Source: an uncultured Dehalococcoidia bacterium
GTDB taxonomy: Bacteria; Chloroflexota; Dehalococcoidia; DSTF01; RBG-16-68-14
Direction of reading: 5' to 3'
DNA length: 64,000 nucleotides
Assembly (NCBI GenBank): GCA_964406605.1
Contig: CAYOSF010000005.1
Location: forward strand, 34,076 to 98,075
The notes beneath the pieces were generated by a model. The model was not told where the DNA came from. It saw only the letters and a program-made list of their open reading frames with translations, and did not search any database. This document shows positions 37,615 to 47,682 of the stretch, piece by piece. A program made the translations under genes and the position numbers. Each line of letters begins with the position of its first letter. Position 1 is the stretch's first letter.

Positions 37615-39828
37615 TTATGCCTGACCGGCACCTTCCCGAGACCGATCGGTGGAGCGGGCGACTGCCGTAACGCCGCGCACCATCTCCAGTTTGCTGAGCA
37701 GGCGGCTTAGCTGGTCTACCCCCTGGGTCTCCAGTGTGAGGGAGATGGCGACGGTCCGGTCGCCGTGTTCCCGCGTGCGCACCCCCATCATGTTCACCTT
37801 TTCCTCCGCCACGATGGTGGTGATGTCGCGCAGCAGTCCTACCCGGTCCCACGCGTCGATCTCGACGGCCACCGGGTAGAACGCTCCGGTTCGGCCCCAC
37901 TCCGCTTCCACAAGGCGTTGCCGCTCGTCGATGTGGATTACGTTGAAGCAGTCTCGCCGGTGGACGGTGACGCCGCGACTACGCGTCACGTAGCCGATGA
38001 TGTCGTCACCCGGAACCGGGTTGCAGCAACGGCCGAGCTGGGTGAGCAGGTGGCCGGTACCCAAGACCTGGATGCCCGGGGCCGATACCGGCTGACGCGG
38101 CGTCTCCTCCGCGGTCTCCGGCAGCGGCTCCTCGGGTTCCAGGAGGCGCTCCACGCAGGCTGCCACCTGGTGCGCGCTCACGCCGCCGAAACCGACAGCC
38201 GCGTAGAGGTCGTCGAGTGAGTCGTACTGGAATCGGTGGAGCACCTCATCCCTGCACTCGGCCATCGTCACGCCCAGGCGCTGCAGCTCCTTCTCCAGCC
38301 GCTCGCGCCCTCTCTCGATGTTCTCGGCACGTTCTTGCTTCCGGAACCACTGACGTATCTTCTGCCGGGCGTGGCTGGTCTTCACGTACCCGAGGTTGCT
38401 GTTCAACCAGTCGCGTGAAGGCCCACGGGAGCCGCGGCCCGTCATGATCTCCACCACGTCGCCGTTCTTCAGCGGCTGGTTGAGGGCCACCAGCCGGCCG
38501 TTCACCTTGGCGCCGACGCACTGGTGGCCAAGATCCGTGTGAATGCGGTAGGCGAAGTCGATGCCCGTGGCGCCGGCGGGCAGGTCCTTGATCTCCCCCT
38601 TGGGTGTGTATACGAAGACTTGGTCCTGGAAGACGTCCGTCTTGAGCGTCTCGACGAACTCCTCCGCCTGGGCCATGTCGCGCTGCCATTCCATCAACTG
38701 GCGCAGCCAGGCGAGTCTCTGCTCGAAGCGGACGTCCTTGCCCCCACCCTCCTTGTATCGCCAGTGGGCGGCCACACCGTACTCGGCGAGCCGGTGCATC
38801 TCGTGGGTGCGGATCTGCGCCTCGAGTGGTCGGGCGCCGAGGCACATGACGGTCGTGTGCAGCGACTGGTACACGCCCTCTTTGGGGTTCGCGATGTAGT
38901 CATCGAACTGGCCCGGAATGGGACTCCAAAGGCCGTGGACGATGCCGAGGGCGCTGTAGCAGTCGGCAACGGTGTTGACCAGGATACGCAGGGCCAGGAG
39001 GTCGTAGATCTCGTTGAACGTCTTCCCCTGGGCCGCATACTTCTGCATCTTCTGGTACACGCTGTAGATGTTCTTCGCCCGCCCCTGGATGGTGGCCTCA
39101 ACGTGGTTCTTCTCCAATTCCGCCTTCAGGATCTTCTCCACCTGGGCGATGTATCGTTCGCGTGTGCTGTGCTTCGAGGCTATGAGCCGGGCGATCTCGT
39201 CGTACTTGGCCGGCTGAAGGTACCGAAAGGCGAGGTCTTCCAGCTCCCACTTGAGCTGCCACATGCCGAGCCGGCTGGCCAGGGGCGCGTAGATCTCCAT
39301 CGTCTCCTGGGCGGTGCGCAACTGCTTGGGCCGCGCCAGGAATTCGAGCGTGCGCATGTTGTGAAGGCGGTCTGCCAGCTTCACGATCACGACGCGCACG
39401 TCCTCCGCCATTGCGAGGAACATCTTGCGCAGGTTCTCCGCCTGGATGCCGCTGTCGACGCTCTCCGGTTCGGGGGAGATACGGGAGATTCGCTCCAGCT
39501 TGGTGCCGCCATCCACCAGCTTGGCCACCTCCGCGCCAAAGCGGCGCTTCAGCTCCTGATTGGGCACACCACAGTCTTCCTGGACGTCGTGGAGGAGGGC
39601 GGCCACAACGGCGTCGGCGTCGAGTTGGAGGTCGGCGATGGTCATGGCCGCGTCCAGCGGGTGAACGATGAAGGGGTCGCCGGACTTGCGCCGCTGGTCC
39701 GCGTGGCTCGCCTCGGCGAACCGGTATGCATCCTCGATGAGGGCGACGCGATCGTCCGGCAAGTAGCTCCGGGCCTTCTGCAGCAACTGCTCCGGCCCGT
39801 ACTTCTCACGAACGCGTGCAATCGCCAT
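37615..39828 (-). CDS. rel: bifunctional (p)ppGpp synthetase/hydrolase RelA/SpoT
   Basis: HD domain (..HPLDAAM.. HDVQED), synthetase domain, TGS and ACT C-terminal regions; 737 aa. Confidence 0.85.
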   Translation of the reverse strand: MAIARVREKYGPEQLLQKARSYLPDDRVALIEDAYRFAEASHADQRRKSGDPFIVHPLDAAMTIADLQLDADAVVAALLHDVQEDCGVPNQELKRRFGAEVAKLVDGGTKLERISRISPEPESVDSGIQAENLRKMFLAMAEDVRVVIVKLADRLHNMRTLEFLARPKQLRTAQETMEIYAPLASRLGMWQLKWELEDLAFRYLQPAKYDEIARLIASKHSTRERYIAQVEKILKAELEKNHVEATIQGRAKNIYSVYQKMQKYAAQGKTFNEIYDLLALRILVNTVADCYSALGIVHGLWSPIPGQFDDYIANPKEGVYQSLHTTVMCLGARPLEAQIRTHEMHRLAEYGVAAHWRYKEGGGKDVRFEQRLAWLRQLMEWQRDMAQAEEFVETLKTDVFQDQVFVYTPKGEIKDLPAGATGIDFAYRIHTDLGHQCVGAKVNGRLVALNQPLKNGDVVEIMTGRGSRGPSRDWLNSNLGYVKTSHARQKIRQWFRKQERAENIERGRERLEKELQRLGVTMAECRDEVLHRFQYDSLDDLYAAVGFGGVSAHQVAACVERLLEPEEPLPETAEETPRQPVSAPGIQVLGTGHLLTQLGRCCNPVPGDDIIGYVTRSRGVTVHRRDCFNVIHIDERQRLVEAEWGRTGAFYPVAVEIDAWDRVGLLRDITTIVAEEKVNMMGVRTREHGDRTVAISLTLETQGVDQLSRLLSKLEMVRGVTAVARSTDRSREGAGQA

Positions 39829-39975
39829 AGCAATATCACTCTAACACAGGCGGGAAAGGGCGACCAGAACGGGACGCGGGCCTCCAGTCGACGCGTATCG
39901 TCGGGATCGGTGCGCACGCCGCCGGCGGACGGCGGTCTTGGCCTGGCGATGCGCCCTCGCTATGCTGGTCTCGCT

Positions 39976-41259
39976 ATGGGTCAGGAAGAAGGCAAGGCCA
40001 CGGCGCGTTTCCAGGCGCCCCGCGGCACGGCGGACGTGCTGCCTGAGGACGAGCCGTACTGGCGCTTCGTGCGACGGACGGGCGAGCGAGTCTCCGGCCT
40101 GTTCGGCTATCGGTATATCGAGACGCCGATGTTCGAGGATGCCGGCGTTTGGCTGCGCACCTCCGGTGAGGGAACCGAGGTGGTGGAGAAGGAGATGTAC
40201 CTGTTCGAGGACCGGGGCGGCGAACGGCTGGCCCTGCGCCCGGAGACCACCGCCAGCGTGTGCCGCGCCTACCTGGAGCATGGGATGGCGAACCGGCCGC
40301 AGCCGGTCCGCCTGTACTACTTCGCGCAGAAGTTCCGCTACGACCGCCCTCAGGCCGGTCGCTTTCGCCAGCACACCGAGTTCGGTGTGGAGGTGATCGG
40401 CGACGGAGACGCCGTCGTCGACGCCGAGGTCATCGATCTGCTGTCGACGTTCTATCAGGCGCTGGGGCTGGAGGGACTGACCCTGCACCTCAACAGCATC
40501 GGCGACGGCGCCTGCCGGCCGGCCTACATCGAGACGCTGCGCTCGTACTACCGCGAGAGGCTTCCGGAGACGTGCCCGGACTGCAGAGTCCGATTCGAGA
40601 AGAACCCCATGCGGCTGCTGGACTGCAAGGAGCCGCGGTGCGAGCCGATCATCGCCGGGGCGCCCACGATCACCGAGAGGTTGTGCCCCGATTGCAGTGC
40701 CCATTTCCGCGCGCTCTGCTCGCATCTGGAGGCGCTCGGCATCTCGTACACGCTGGACCCCCGCCTGGTGCGCGGACTCGACTACTACACACGCGCGGTC
40801 TTCGAGTTCGTGCCGCGGGAAGAAGGGACGCAGTCGACCGTGGGCGGGGGCGGTCGCTATGACGGCCTGATCGAGCTCATGGGGGGCCGGTCCACGCCTG
40901 GCACCGGATTCGGTACGGGCATCGAGCGGATCATCCTGAACCTGAAACGCCAGAAGACGCCGGTGCCCGAGCTGGAGGGACCGCAGGTGTACGTTGCCCA
41001 CGCGTCCGAGCAGGCCCAGGAGGCGGCGCTGCGCACGGCACGCCGCCTGCGCGACGCAAACGTGGGAGTCGTGGTGGGGGGCGCGGGACGCAGCCTGAAG
41101 GGACAACTCCGGCATGCCGACGCGCTGAACATCAGGTACGTTGCCATTCTGGGGGGCCAGGAGATGGCAAAGGACGAGGTCACCTTGCGCGATATGCGGG
41201 ACGGGCAGCAACGGTCCGTGACGGCCGACGAGCTGGCGCGGGTGGTGGCCGAGGACTAA
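39976..41259 (+). CDS. hisS: histidine--tRNA ligase
   Basis: ..PRGTADVLP.., class II motifs, ..GGGRYDGL..; start MGQEEGKATARF (alternative ATG 27 nt upstream); track ORF 38524..41259 is an over-extension antisense to rel. Confidence 0.8.
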   Translation: MGQEEGKATARFQAPRGTADVLPEDEPYWRFVRRTGERVSGLFGYRYIETPMFEDAGVWLRTSGEGTEVVEKEMYLFEDRGGERLALRPETTASVCRAYLEHGMANRPQPVRLYYFAQKFRYDRPQAGRFRQHTEFGVEVIGDGDAVVDAEVIDLLSTFYQALGLEGLTLHLNSIGDGACRPAYIETLRSYYRERLPETCPDCRVRFEKNPMRLLDCKEPRCEPIIAGAPTITERLCPDCSAHFRALCSHLEALGISYTLDPRLVRGLDYYTRAVFEFVPREEGTQSTVGGGGRYDGLIELMGGRSTPGTGFGTGIERIILNLKRQKTPVPELEGPQVYVAHASEQAQEAALRTARRLRDANVGVVVGGAGRSLKGQLRHADALNIRYVAILGGQEMAKDEVTLRDMRDGQQRSVTADELARVVAED

Positions 41260-41369
41260 GGAGCGACAAGTCCCGCTTTCCTAGGGACGCGGCGTGACGG
41301 TTGCCGGTCTCGGCGTTTACTAAGGTGGGGCATAGCAACATAGACGTAGTGACCGCTGGAGGAGGGGTG

Positions 41370-41456
41370 GTGAGCTGCCTCTACGCCATAGTGAGCGTTG
41401 GCGTGTTCCTTGCTAGCGCGATCACCGCGTTCGGCTCCTGTTTCGTTCTCACCTGA
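41370..41456 (+). CDS. hypothetical tiny hydrophobic peptide (about 29 aa) in low-GC intergenic segment
   Basis: GGAGGAGGGG SD followed by GTG; VSCLYAIVSVGVFLASAITAFGSCFVLT; below ORF-track length cutoff. Confidence 0.15.
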   Translation: MSCLYAIVSVGVFLASAITAFGSCFVLT

Positions 41457-41939
41457 CGGCGGCTGAAAGGGCAGCTCATCAATACGGTCAGCTGCTACCT
41501 GCGGCGGATCGAAAGGCCGATGAAGAGGGACTGGAGGACTTGGACGACATGACCCAAGGCCCTCTCTAGACGGCGAAGGATCGGGCCGGGACCGAAGAGC
41601 GCCACGGGTGCTCGACGGAAGGGCGGTCGGAGTCAAGGCCCGAGTGACTGGCGCGCTGGGCGTCTCGAGGTGCTGATCGACCGAGTCAGCGGCAGCGCTG
41701 CAGTTCTGCCAATCCAAGGCCCGGGGCTCGGTGAGGCTTGCGACGTAGCTGGAAAAGATGTCAATGGAGAGCCTCTTTGAAGGCAAACGATAGAATCCCC
41801 ACGAAACTGTCGAGGCGCTGCCGGATGGTCCTCGATCGCTTCGCCTCTAAGTGCAGCATGATTGACTCGGGCGTGTCCGGCCTAGGGTTTCCTGTTCAGC
41901 GTGGAGAGCGCCCCCTAACGCTGTGGTAAGACGCAGCAC

Positions 41940-42890
41940 TTGCCGATACTAGACGGGGAGGGTGGATGGGAATGGTTGGGGCTCAAACTGATGCCTAGCG
42001 CCGCAGACCGAGACCTGGGGCCCACTGACACGAGGCCAAAGCTTACGGTCGTGCCAAAGACAGCAGGGGCGAGCAACGACGATGCTCGTGGCCTGCCAAT
42101 CGGCGTTAGGCATCACCGGGCATATGTCGGCGCGCCGGAAGGGTACGACATCAGTGGGGCGCTCCAGTTCAACCTGCTCACATTCCTCGGGCTGCGACAG
42201 GAGCACTATCTGCTGGACATCGGCTGCGGATCACTTCGAGGCGGGCGGCTGTTCATTGTGTATCTAGAACCGGAGCGCTACTACGGCATCGAGCCACAGC
42301 AGTGGCTAGTCGAGGAGGCCATCGCGAAGGAAGTTGGTCAGGACCTGATCGACCTGAAGCGGCCCGTCTTCAGCAACGACAGCCATTTCGGGTTGACGAC
42401 GTTCGGCCGGCAATTCGATTTCGTCGTCGCGCACTCGATCTTCTCGCATGCGTCTTCAACGCACATCGAACGCTGCCTATCTGAGGCGAAGCGGGTAATG
42501 GCGCCGAACGCGCTCTTCGTCGCGACGTTTATGCAGAACGAGCGGGACTACGAAGGTGACAGCTGGATGTACCCTGCATGCGTCTCGTACTCGTTGGAGA
42601 CGATCATGGCGCTGGGGACAAAGCAGGGCCTTGCCTGCCAGAAGATCGAGTGGCCGCATGGGGCGCAGCAGACGTGGGTCGTCTACAGCCACAGCAAGGG
42701 CGGCAGTCGAATCCCCGAAATGGGCGAGGCGATGAGGCTGCTTGCCCTCGAGAACGATCTGAAATACGTTAGGGAGAGGCTCGCGAGGATCGAAAACCAT
42801 CCGTATGTGCGGCTAGGCATGAAGGTGGTGGGCAGTCCTCTCTACACCGGGCTGCGCGAGGCGACGAGCCGCCTGCGCAAGGCCTCCTAG
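41940..42890 (+). CDS. class I SAM-dependent methyltransferase-like protein (atypical, lower-GC gene)
   Basis: Motif I-like LLDIGCGSLRGG; track start is TTG, first ATG at about 41991 (MPSAADRD). Confidence 0.45.
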   Translation: MPILDGEGGWEWLGLKLMPSAADRDLGPTDTRPKLTVVPKTAGASNDDARGLPIGVRHHRAYVGAPEGYDISGALQFNLLTFLGLRQEHYLLDIGCGSLRGGRLFIVYLEPERYYGIEPQQWLVEEAIAKEVGQDLIDLKRPVFSNDSHFGLTTFGRQFDFVVAHSIFSHASSTHIERCLSEAKRVMAPNALFVATFMQNERDYEGDSWMYPACVSYSLETIMALGTKQGLACQKIEWPHGAQQTWVVYSHSKGGSRIPEMGEAMRLLALENDLKYVRERLARIENHPYVRLGMKVVGSPLYTGLREATSRLRKAS

Positions 42891-43090
42891 CGCTCGTCTG
42901 TCTCGCGATCAGAGCGGCGGTCGTCAGCTCAGTGACGCGAGGCCGCTCCCCGCTGACATCGTTCGGAAGCGATTCTCGGGGCGGCACTGCAAGCAATCCT
43001 TTGTTCTCTACGGCCTCCTGAAATGACTGACTGGCTGCGGCGCCTGAACGAAACGTGCAGTCGGCGTCAGGCCAGGACGCGCCGAAGGGT

Positions 43091-44563
43091 CTAGTGGCGG
43101 ATGAAGACGAGCTCCTGAGGGCGCTCCAAAACCAGACTCCAGCCCTCAGTGTCGCGCAGTTCCAAAGCAAGGCGCGTGGTGGGCCCCAGGACGGCAGTGT
43201 CGGCTCCAGATTCCTCCAGAAGCTCCTGCCAGCCCGCATCCGCCTCGATGATCCGCTCGTAGTCGTCGAAGATCTCGGCTCCGTACACGTCCGTTCGTCC
43301 ATCGATGTAGACGTGGCCCTCCGGGTAGAGACCGTAGATGAGGTAGCCGCCCCACCTGTGCGGCGCGAAGACGTCGGCGTCCGGCCGGTTCTCCTCCAGC
43401 CAGGCCAGCGCCTCGGCCGGATAGTGGACCCGGCCGTCCGCGATCGCCTGGCGGTGCACCTGGGCCTGCGGCAGTGACGGGATAGCCACAAGCGCGGCGA
43501 CCGCGGTGGCGGCCAGGAGGGCCAGGTTCACGGCGGTGCGCGGCGGCGCCGCCTGTCGGGGCGTGCCGGATACCAGGTGTCGAGCAGCGAGGGCGGCGGC
43601 CGGGAGGTAGGCAAGAGCGAACATCGGCTGGAAGCGCGACGCCTGGAGCGCCAGAGCTGTGAAGGCGACTGCCAACAGGATGGCGAAGCGGTTTCGAACG
43701 CGCCCCACGACGGCGAGCGCGACGAGCAGTACGATGCCGGCCAGGAGCGGCAGGTGCATGGGCTGGTGGAAGTCCGGCGACTGCAGCTCGGTGATGCCCT
43801 GGGGAGTCGCGCTGCTGCCGATGCCCGGCAGGTAGGACACCAGCCGAATCAGCGTGGCCGGCCCGTACGGGTTGAGCAGCGTCGCCGCGACGCAGGTAGC
43901 GACAAAGAGCGCCGCGCCGCCCAACTGGGCCTCACGGTCGCCCGCGAGACGGTCCCAAACGCGGGAGAGGAACCACAAGCCAGCGACGCCCAGCCCGGCC
44001 ACGTAACCGAGATGCAGGTTCGCCCACAGCGCCATCACGGCGACGAGCGCCCACGGAGGTTTGCTCCGTCCGATGAGGCCGTTGATGAAGACGGCCAGCA
44101 GAAACCAGCTCAGGAGCTGCGGCCGGACCGTCCAGTACGGCGCGCTGATAAGGATACCGAGCGCGGTGAGGCCCAATGCGACGGTGCGGGGCGTTCCGAG
44201 CCGCAGCAATAGGCGCTGCATGAGACCGAACGAGGCGAGCGCAAGGGCGACGAAGAACCCAAGCGTGACGGCGTAGCCGAACAGCCTCACGCTCAGGTAG
44301 ACCAGTACCTCGGGCAGCCACTGGTGGTCCAGCAGCTCCTTTCCGGCGGCAGTGAACGAGTAGACGTCATGCCGCGGGATTGAGAGGTTCTCGAACGTGA
44401 GCTGACCGGTGCGCAGATGCCACCAGTAGTCGGGATCGGTGAACGAGGCGAAGCCGAAGGCGAAGAAGACAAGGTAGAGCACGCCCGTGAGCAGACTGAC
44501 GCCGTCGATGGCGGGCAGGGCGATTCTCAGGTGCTTGCTCTGTGCCAGGGAGATCGAAACCAC
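43091..44563 (-). CDS. polytopic membrane protein, GT-C-fold glycosyltransferase-like (ArnT/PMT/family-39-like)
   Basis: about 10 predicted TM helices, first extracytoplasmic loop motif ..FTDPDYWWHLRTGQ.., C-terminal soluble domain. Confidence 0.5.
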   Translation of the reverse strand: MVSISLAQSKHLRIALPAIDGVSLLTGVLYLVFFAFGFASFTDPDYWWHLRTGQLTFENLSIPRHDVYSFTAAGKELLDHQWLPEVLVYLSVRLFGYAVTLGFFVALALASFGLMQRLLLRLGTPRTVALGLTALGILISAPYWTVRPQLLSWFLLAVFINGLIGRSKPPWALVAVMALWANLHLGYVAGLGVAGLWFLSRVWDRLAGDREAQLGGAALFVATCVAATLLNPYGPATLIRLVSYLPGIGSSATPQGITELQSPDFHQPMHLPLLAGIVLLVALAVVGRVRNRFAILLAVAFTALALQASRFQPMFALAYLPAAALAARHLVSGTPRQAAPPRTAVNLALLAATAVAALVAIPSLPQAQVHRQAIADGRVHYPAEALAWLEENRPDADVFAPHRWGGYLIYGLYPEGHVYIDGRTDVYGAEIFDDYERIIEADAGWQELLEESGADTAVLGPTTRLALELRDTEGWSLVLERPQELVFIRH

Positions 44564-44683
44564 AGCAGCTCTGCCACCTCCAAGTGTGTTATCGGCGGCG
44601 GCCGCGTTGTCGGTGAGGCTGCGTGGACGAAGGAAAGGGGGCGAAACGCCGGGATGCGGGCTGCCGGCCCGTTCGGCGCGAAG

Positions 44684-44965
44684 CTACCAGCGCACCTCGA
44701 ATCCCTGGTGGCCCTCCAGTGTGTCCGACCAGTCTGCGTCGACACCATCGACCAGAGCCCGGCGCGGCCCATCGTGGAGCGCGGCCTCGAGCTGTCGCAG
44801 GCGTTCCTCCCCGCCTTCCGCGACGACCTCCACGGTGCGGCCGTCGACGCCGTTGCGCACCCAACCGGCCAGGCCCAGCGCATCGGCCTGTCCGACCACG
44901 AAGTAGCGGAAGCCCACCATCTGAACTTCCCCCCGCACGATCGCGTGGAGGCGCTTGGGTGTCAT
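44684..44965 (-). CDS. acyP: acylphosphatase
   Basis: ..VRGEVQMVGFRYFV.. and ..GWVRNGVDGRTVEVVAEG.. signatures. Confidence 0.7.
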   Translation of the reverse strand: MTPKRLHAIVRGEVQMVGFRYFVVGQADALGLAGWVRNGVDGRTVEVVAEGGEERLRQLEAALHDGPRRALVDGVDADWSDTLEGHQGFEVRW

Positions 44966-44984
44966 GCTCAGGTCAAGCTCGCAG

Positions 44985-45155
44985 CTAGAACCGGATAGGT
45001 CCGGGCATCATGCTCTGGCCTAGCCAGAATGCGAGGATGGAGATGACGAAGATCGCGACCAGGGCCCACAAGAGCCCTCGCACGAGGCGCGGGCCGGGCC
45101 CCCCACGCTCCGCGAGCGGTTGCAGCGCGTCTCTGACGAACGGGTCCCAGTTCAT
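44985..45155 (-). CDS. hypothetical small membrane protein (about 56 aa) translationally coupled to aroK-aroB
   Basis: ATG overlaps aroKB stop (ATGA); one hydrophobic helix LLWALVAIFVISILAFWL; below ORF-track cutoff. Confidence 0.2.
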   Translation of the reverse strand: MNWDPFVRDALQPLAERGGPGPRLVRGLLWALVAIFVISILAFWLGQSMMPGPIRF

Positions 45156-46834
45156 AAGAGCAACTCCTGCACTACCTCTCGCACCGTCTCCATAGGCACG
45201 TCCGGCCGGACGACGGTGTGGCCCGCGTCCTCCAGCAGGACCCAGCGCACCGCCCCGCCGGCCACCTTCTTGTCGAGCGCGATGGCGGCCTCGACCCGAC
45301 CGGGGTCCAGCTTCGGGCCTCTCGTCGGCAGACCGAAGCGCTCCAGCAGCGCCCGCTGACGCTCGACCAGTTCCGGTGGGGTCACCCCCACACGGCGACC
45401 GATCTCGGCGGCCGCCATCATGCCGACGCCGACGGCCTCACCGTGGAGGACGTCCGTGTAGCCGGCGGCCGCCTCGATACCGTGCCCGACGGTGTGTCCG
45501 TAGTTGAGGACCGCGCGGCGGCCGGTGTCCCGCTCGTCCTCCGCGACCACCGAAGCCTTGATCGCCACGTTTCTCCGCACGATATCGACGGCGACGGCGG
45601 GCTCCAGGTGAAGCAGGTCGTCGGCGTGCTCCTCCAGGTCAGCGAGGAGCTGCGGGTCGAGGATCAAGGCGTGCTTGATGATCTCGGCGCAGCCTTCCAC
45701 CAGCGTGCGATGGGGGAGCGTCTTCAGCGTCGAGACATCCTGAACGACAAGCCGGGGCTGGTAGAACGCGCCGATCAGGTTCTTCCCTTCCCGGTGGTCA
45801 ACGGCCACCTTGCCGCCGACCGAGGCGTCCACCATCGCCAGGACCGAGGTCGGCGCCTGCACGAACGGCATGCCGCGCAGGTAGGTGGCCGCGACGAAGC
45901 CCGCCAGGTCGCCCACCATGCCGCCTCCGAGCGCCACGATGGTGTGGCCCCGCTCTGCCCGGCGCGCGGTCAGCCAGTCGTAGACGGTGGCGGCGGTGTC
46001 CAGCGTCTTGCTCGCCTCCCCGGCCGGGACGGCTAAGGCGTCGGCCTGGAAACCGGCCTCTCGCAGAGAGAGCAGCGCGCGGTCGCCGTAGCGCGGCAGG
46101 ACGTGCGTGTCTCCCACGACGTAGGCCGCGCCGGTCAGGCCGGCGTCCCGAAGCAGCCCGCCCAGGCGATCCAGCACTCCCCAGCCGACGGTGACCGCAT
46201 AGCGCCGCGACGGCGTGTCGATCCACAGCGGTTCGGCAGCGGGCGCGTTCCTGCGCTCCTGCGGCAGCACGAGCCGGTCGGGATGGCAGGCGAACCAGGC
46301 GCCGGCGTTGCGCACGGCATCCAGCACGGTGTCCGCGACCTGCTGCGGCGTCTGCCCCTCGGTGTCGACGACCATGTCGGCGAGGGCGTAGAGCGGCTGG
46401 CGCTGCGCCTTCAACTCGACGACGCGGGCCAGCGGATCCGGCCCCGCGAGCAGAGGCCGCTCCGATACGTCCTCCGCGCCGGCCAGACGATCGAGGATGG
46501 TCTGCGGCGACGCTTCCAGGCAGATGACGAGGCCGTCTTCCGCCATCGCCCTTCGGTTCTCCTCGCCCGCGATGGCGCCGCCGCCGGTGGCGACCACGAC
46601 ATCCTCTTGCGACGCAACGTGCCTGACGGCCTCCTGCTCCAGCTCGCGAAACCGGGGCTCGCCGTCCTGCTCGAAGATCTCGGGAATCGATCGCGCGGCC
46701 TCCTCGATAATGAGCTTGTCCGTGTCGAGGGCGCGCCAGCCAAGGGCGTCGGCGAGGAGGGAGGCGACCGCCGACTTGCCGGTGCCGGAGAAGCCGGTGA
46801 GGAAGACGCGCCGGGGCTGCTCGGCAGGCATCAT
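45152..46834 (-). CDS. aroKB: bifunctional shikimate kinase / 3-dehydroquinate synthase (AroK-AroB fusion)
   Basis: N-terminal Walker A FLTGFSGTGKS (shikimate kinase), C-terminal ..ALGGGMVGDLAGFVAATYLRGMPFVQAPTSVLAMVDASVGGK.. (DHQ synthase); start ATG overlaps upstream stop. Confidence 0.75.
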   Translation of the reverse strand: MMPAEQPRRVFLTGFSGTGKSAVASLLADALGWRALDTDKLIIEEAARSIPEIFEQDGEPRFRELEQEAVRHVASQEDVVVATGGGAIAGEENRRAMAEDGLVICLEASPQTILDRLAGAEDVSERPLLAGPDPLARVVELKAQRQPLYALADMVVDTEGQTPQQVADTVLDAVRNAGAWFACHPDRLVLPQERRNAPAAEPLWIDTPSRRYAVTVGWGVLDRLGGLLRDAGLTGAAYVVGDTHVLPRYGDRALLSLREAGFQADALAVPAGEASKTLDTAATVYDWLTARRAERGHTIVALGGGMVGDLAGFVAATYLRGMPFVQAPTSVLAMVDASVGGKVAVDHREGKNLIGAFYQPRLVVQDVSTLKTLPHRTLVEGCAEIIKHALILDPQLLADLEEHADDLLHLEPAVAVDIVRRNVAIKASVVAEDERDTGRRAVLNYGHTVGHGIEAAAGYTDVLHGEAVGVGMMAAAEIGRRVGVTPPELVERQRALLERFGLPTRGPKLDPGRVEAAIALDKKVAGGAVRWVLLEDAGHTVVRPDVPMETVREVVQELLL

Positions 46835-47664
46835 TCGGCCAGGTTGAAGACGCGCAGGGCGTTGAGCCGCAGGAACTTCTCTTTGGCTTCGGGTCTCAGC
46901 TCCAGGTCTTCCACCTGCTCCCGCGCGCGTACCATCGGCAGCATGGGGTAGTTGGTGCCCCAGAGCACCTTGTCCTGCCCGTAGGAGTTCATGAAATGCA
47001 GCAGCGCGGGCGGATAGTAGCGCGGCAGGTGCGCTGAGGTGTCGATGTGGACGTTGGGGTACTTCCAGGCCAGAGCGATCATCTCGTCCGTCCAGGGGTA
47101 GCCGATGTGACCGCCGACGATGACCAGGTCGGGGAAGGTCAGCGCAACGTCGTCCAGGTAGGGGATGGGCCGGCCCGGCTCCGATCGCCGCAGCGGGCCC
47201 GTATGCCCGACCTGGCAGCAGAAGGGCACGCCCAGCTCGATGCACTTGACGTACAGGGGGTAGTAGTGGCGGTCGTTGGGCGGCAGGTCCCACATCCAGG
47301 GAAGGACGAACAGGCCTCTCAGGCCCAGGTCGCGCACGGCCCGCTCAAGCTCTCGGACCGCCTCCATGGGCCGAAGGAGATCGACGGCGGCCAGGCCGAC
47401 GAAGCGATCCGGATAGCGGGCTACGCAGTCCGCGATCTCGTCGTTGGTGATGATCCAGCCGTCGGGGGCGCACCACGCCCGGAGCATCGCCCGTTGGACG
47501 CCGGCCTCATCCATGTTGGCCACGAGGTCCGAAACCGGGACACCATCGAGGCGGGGACTCTCGCGCGTAACCCGGAACAGCGAAGCGAACTCCGGCCGGT
47601 TCAGGAGAGCGGCGGTGCCCGGCTGCGCCCAGGCGTCTACGGCGGGGATGGAGGTCTCACCCAC
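46831..47664 (-). CDS. amidohydrolase-2 family (TIM-barrel metal-dependent hydrolase, ACMSD-like)
   Basis: ..HIDTSAH.. and ..VLWGTNYP.. patterns typical of PF04909. Confidence 0.55.
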   Translation of the reverse strand: MGETSIPAVDAWAQPGTAALLNRPEFASLFRVTRESPRLDGVPVSDLVANMDEAGVQRAMLRAWCAPDGWIITNDEIADCVARYPDRFVGLAAVDLLRPMEAVRELERAVRDLGLRGLFVLPWMWDLPPNDRHYYPLYVKCIELGVPFCCQVGHTGPLRRSEPGRPIPYLDDVALTFPDLVIVGGHIGYPWTDEMIALAWKYPNVHIDTSAHLPRYYPPALLHFMNSYGQDKVLWGTNYPMLPMVRAREQVEDLELRPEAKEKFLRLNALRVFNLAE

Positions 47665-47682
47665 TGTGCTCTCGCTTTGCTC

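Noticed and set aside
38524-39975. N-terminal 484 codons of the 911-aa ORF fused to hisS
   Set aside because: Runs antisense through rel; hisS-like sequence begins only at about 39976 and rel on the opposite strand is full length.
39841-41211. 456-aa minus-strand ORF opposite hisS
   Set aside because: Antisense shadow ORF.
44684-44702. 19-nt identity between acyP 3' end and the cyclase remnant 3' end treated as a mobile repeat
   Set aside because: Only two copies seen in 64 kb and both encode ..FEVRW-stop; kept as a minor note inside a finding rather than called a repeat family.
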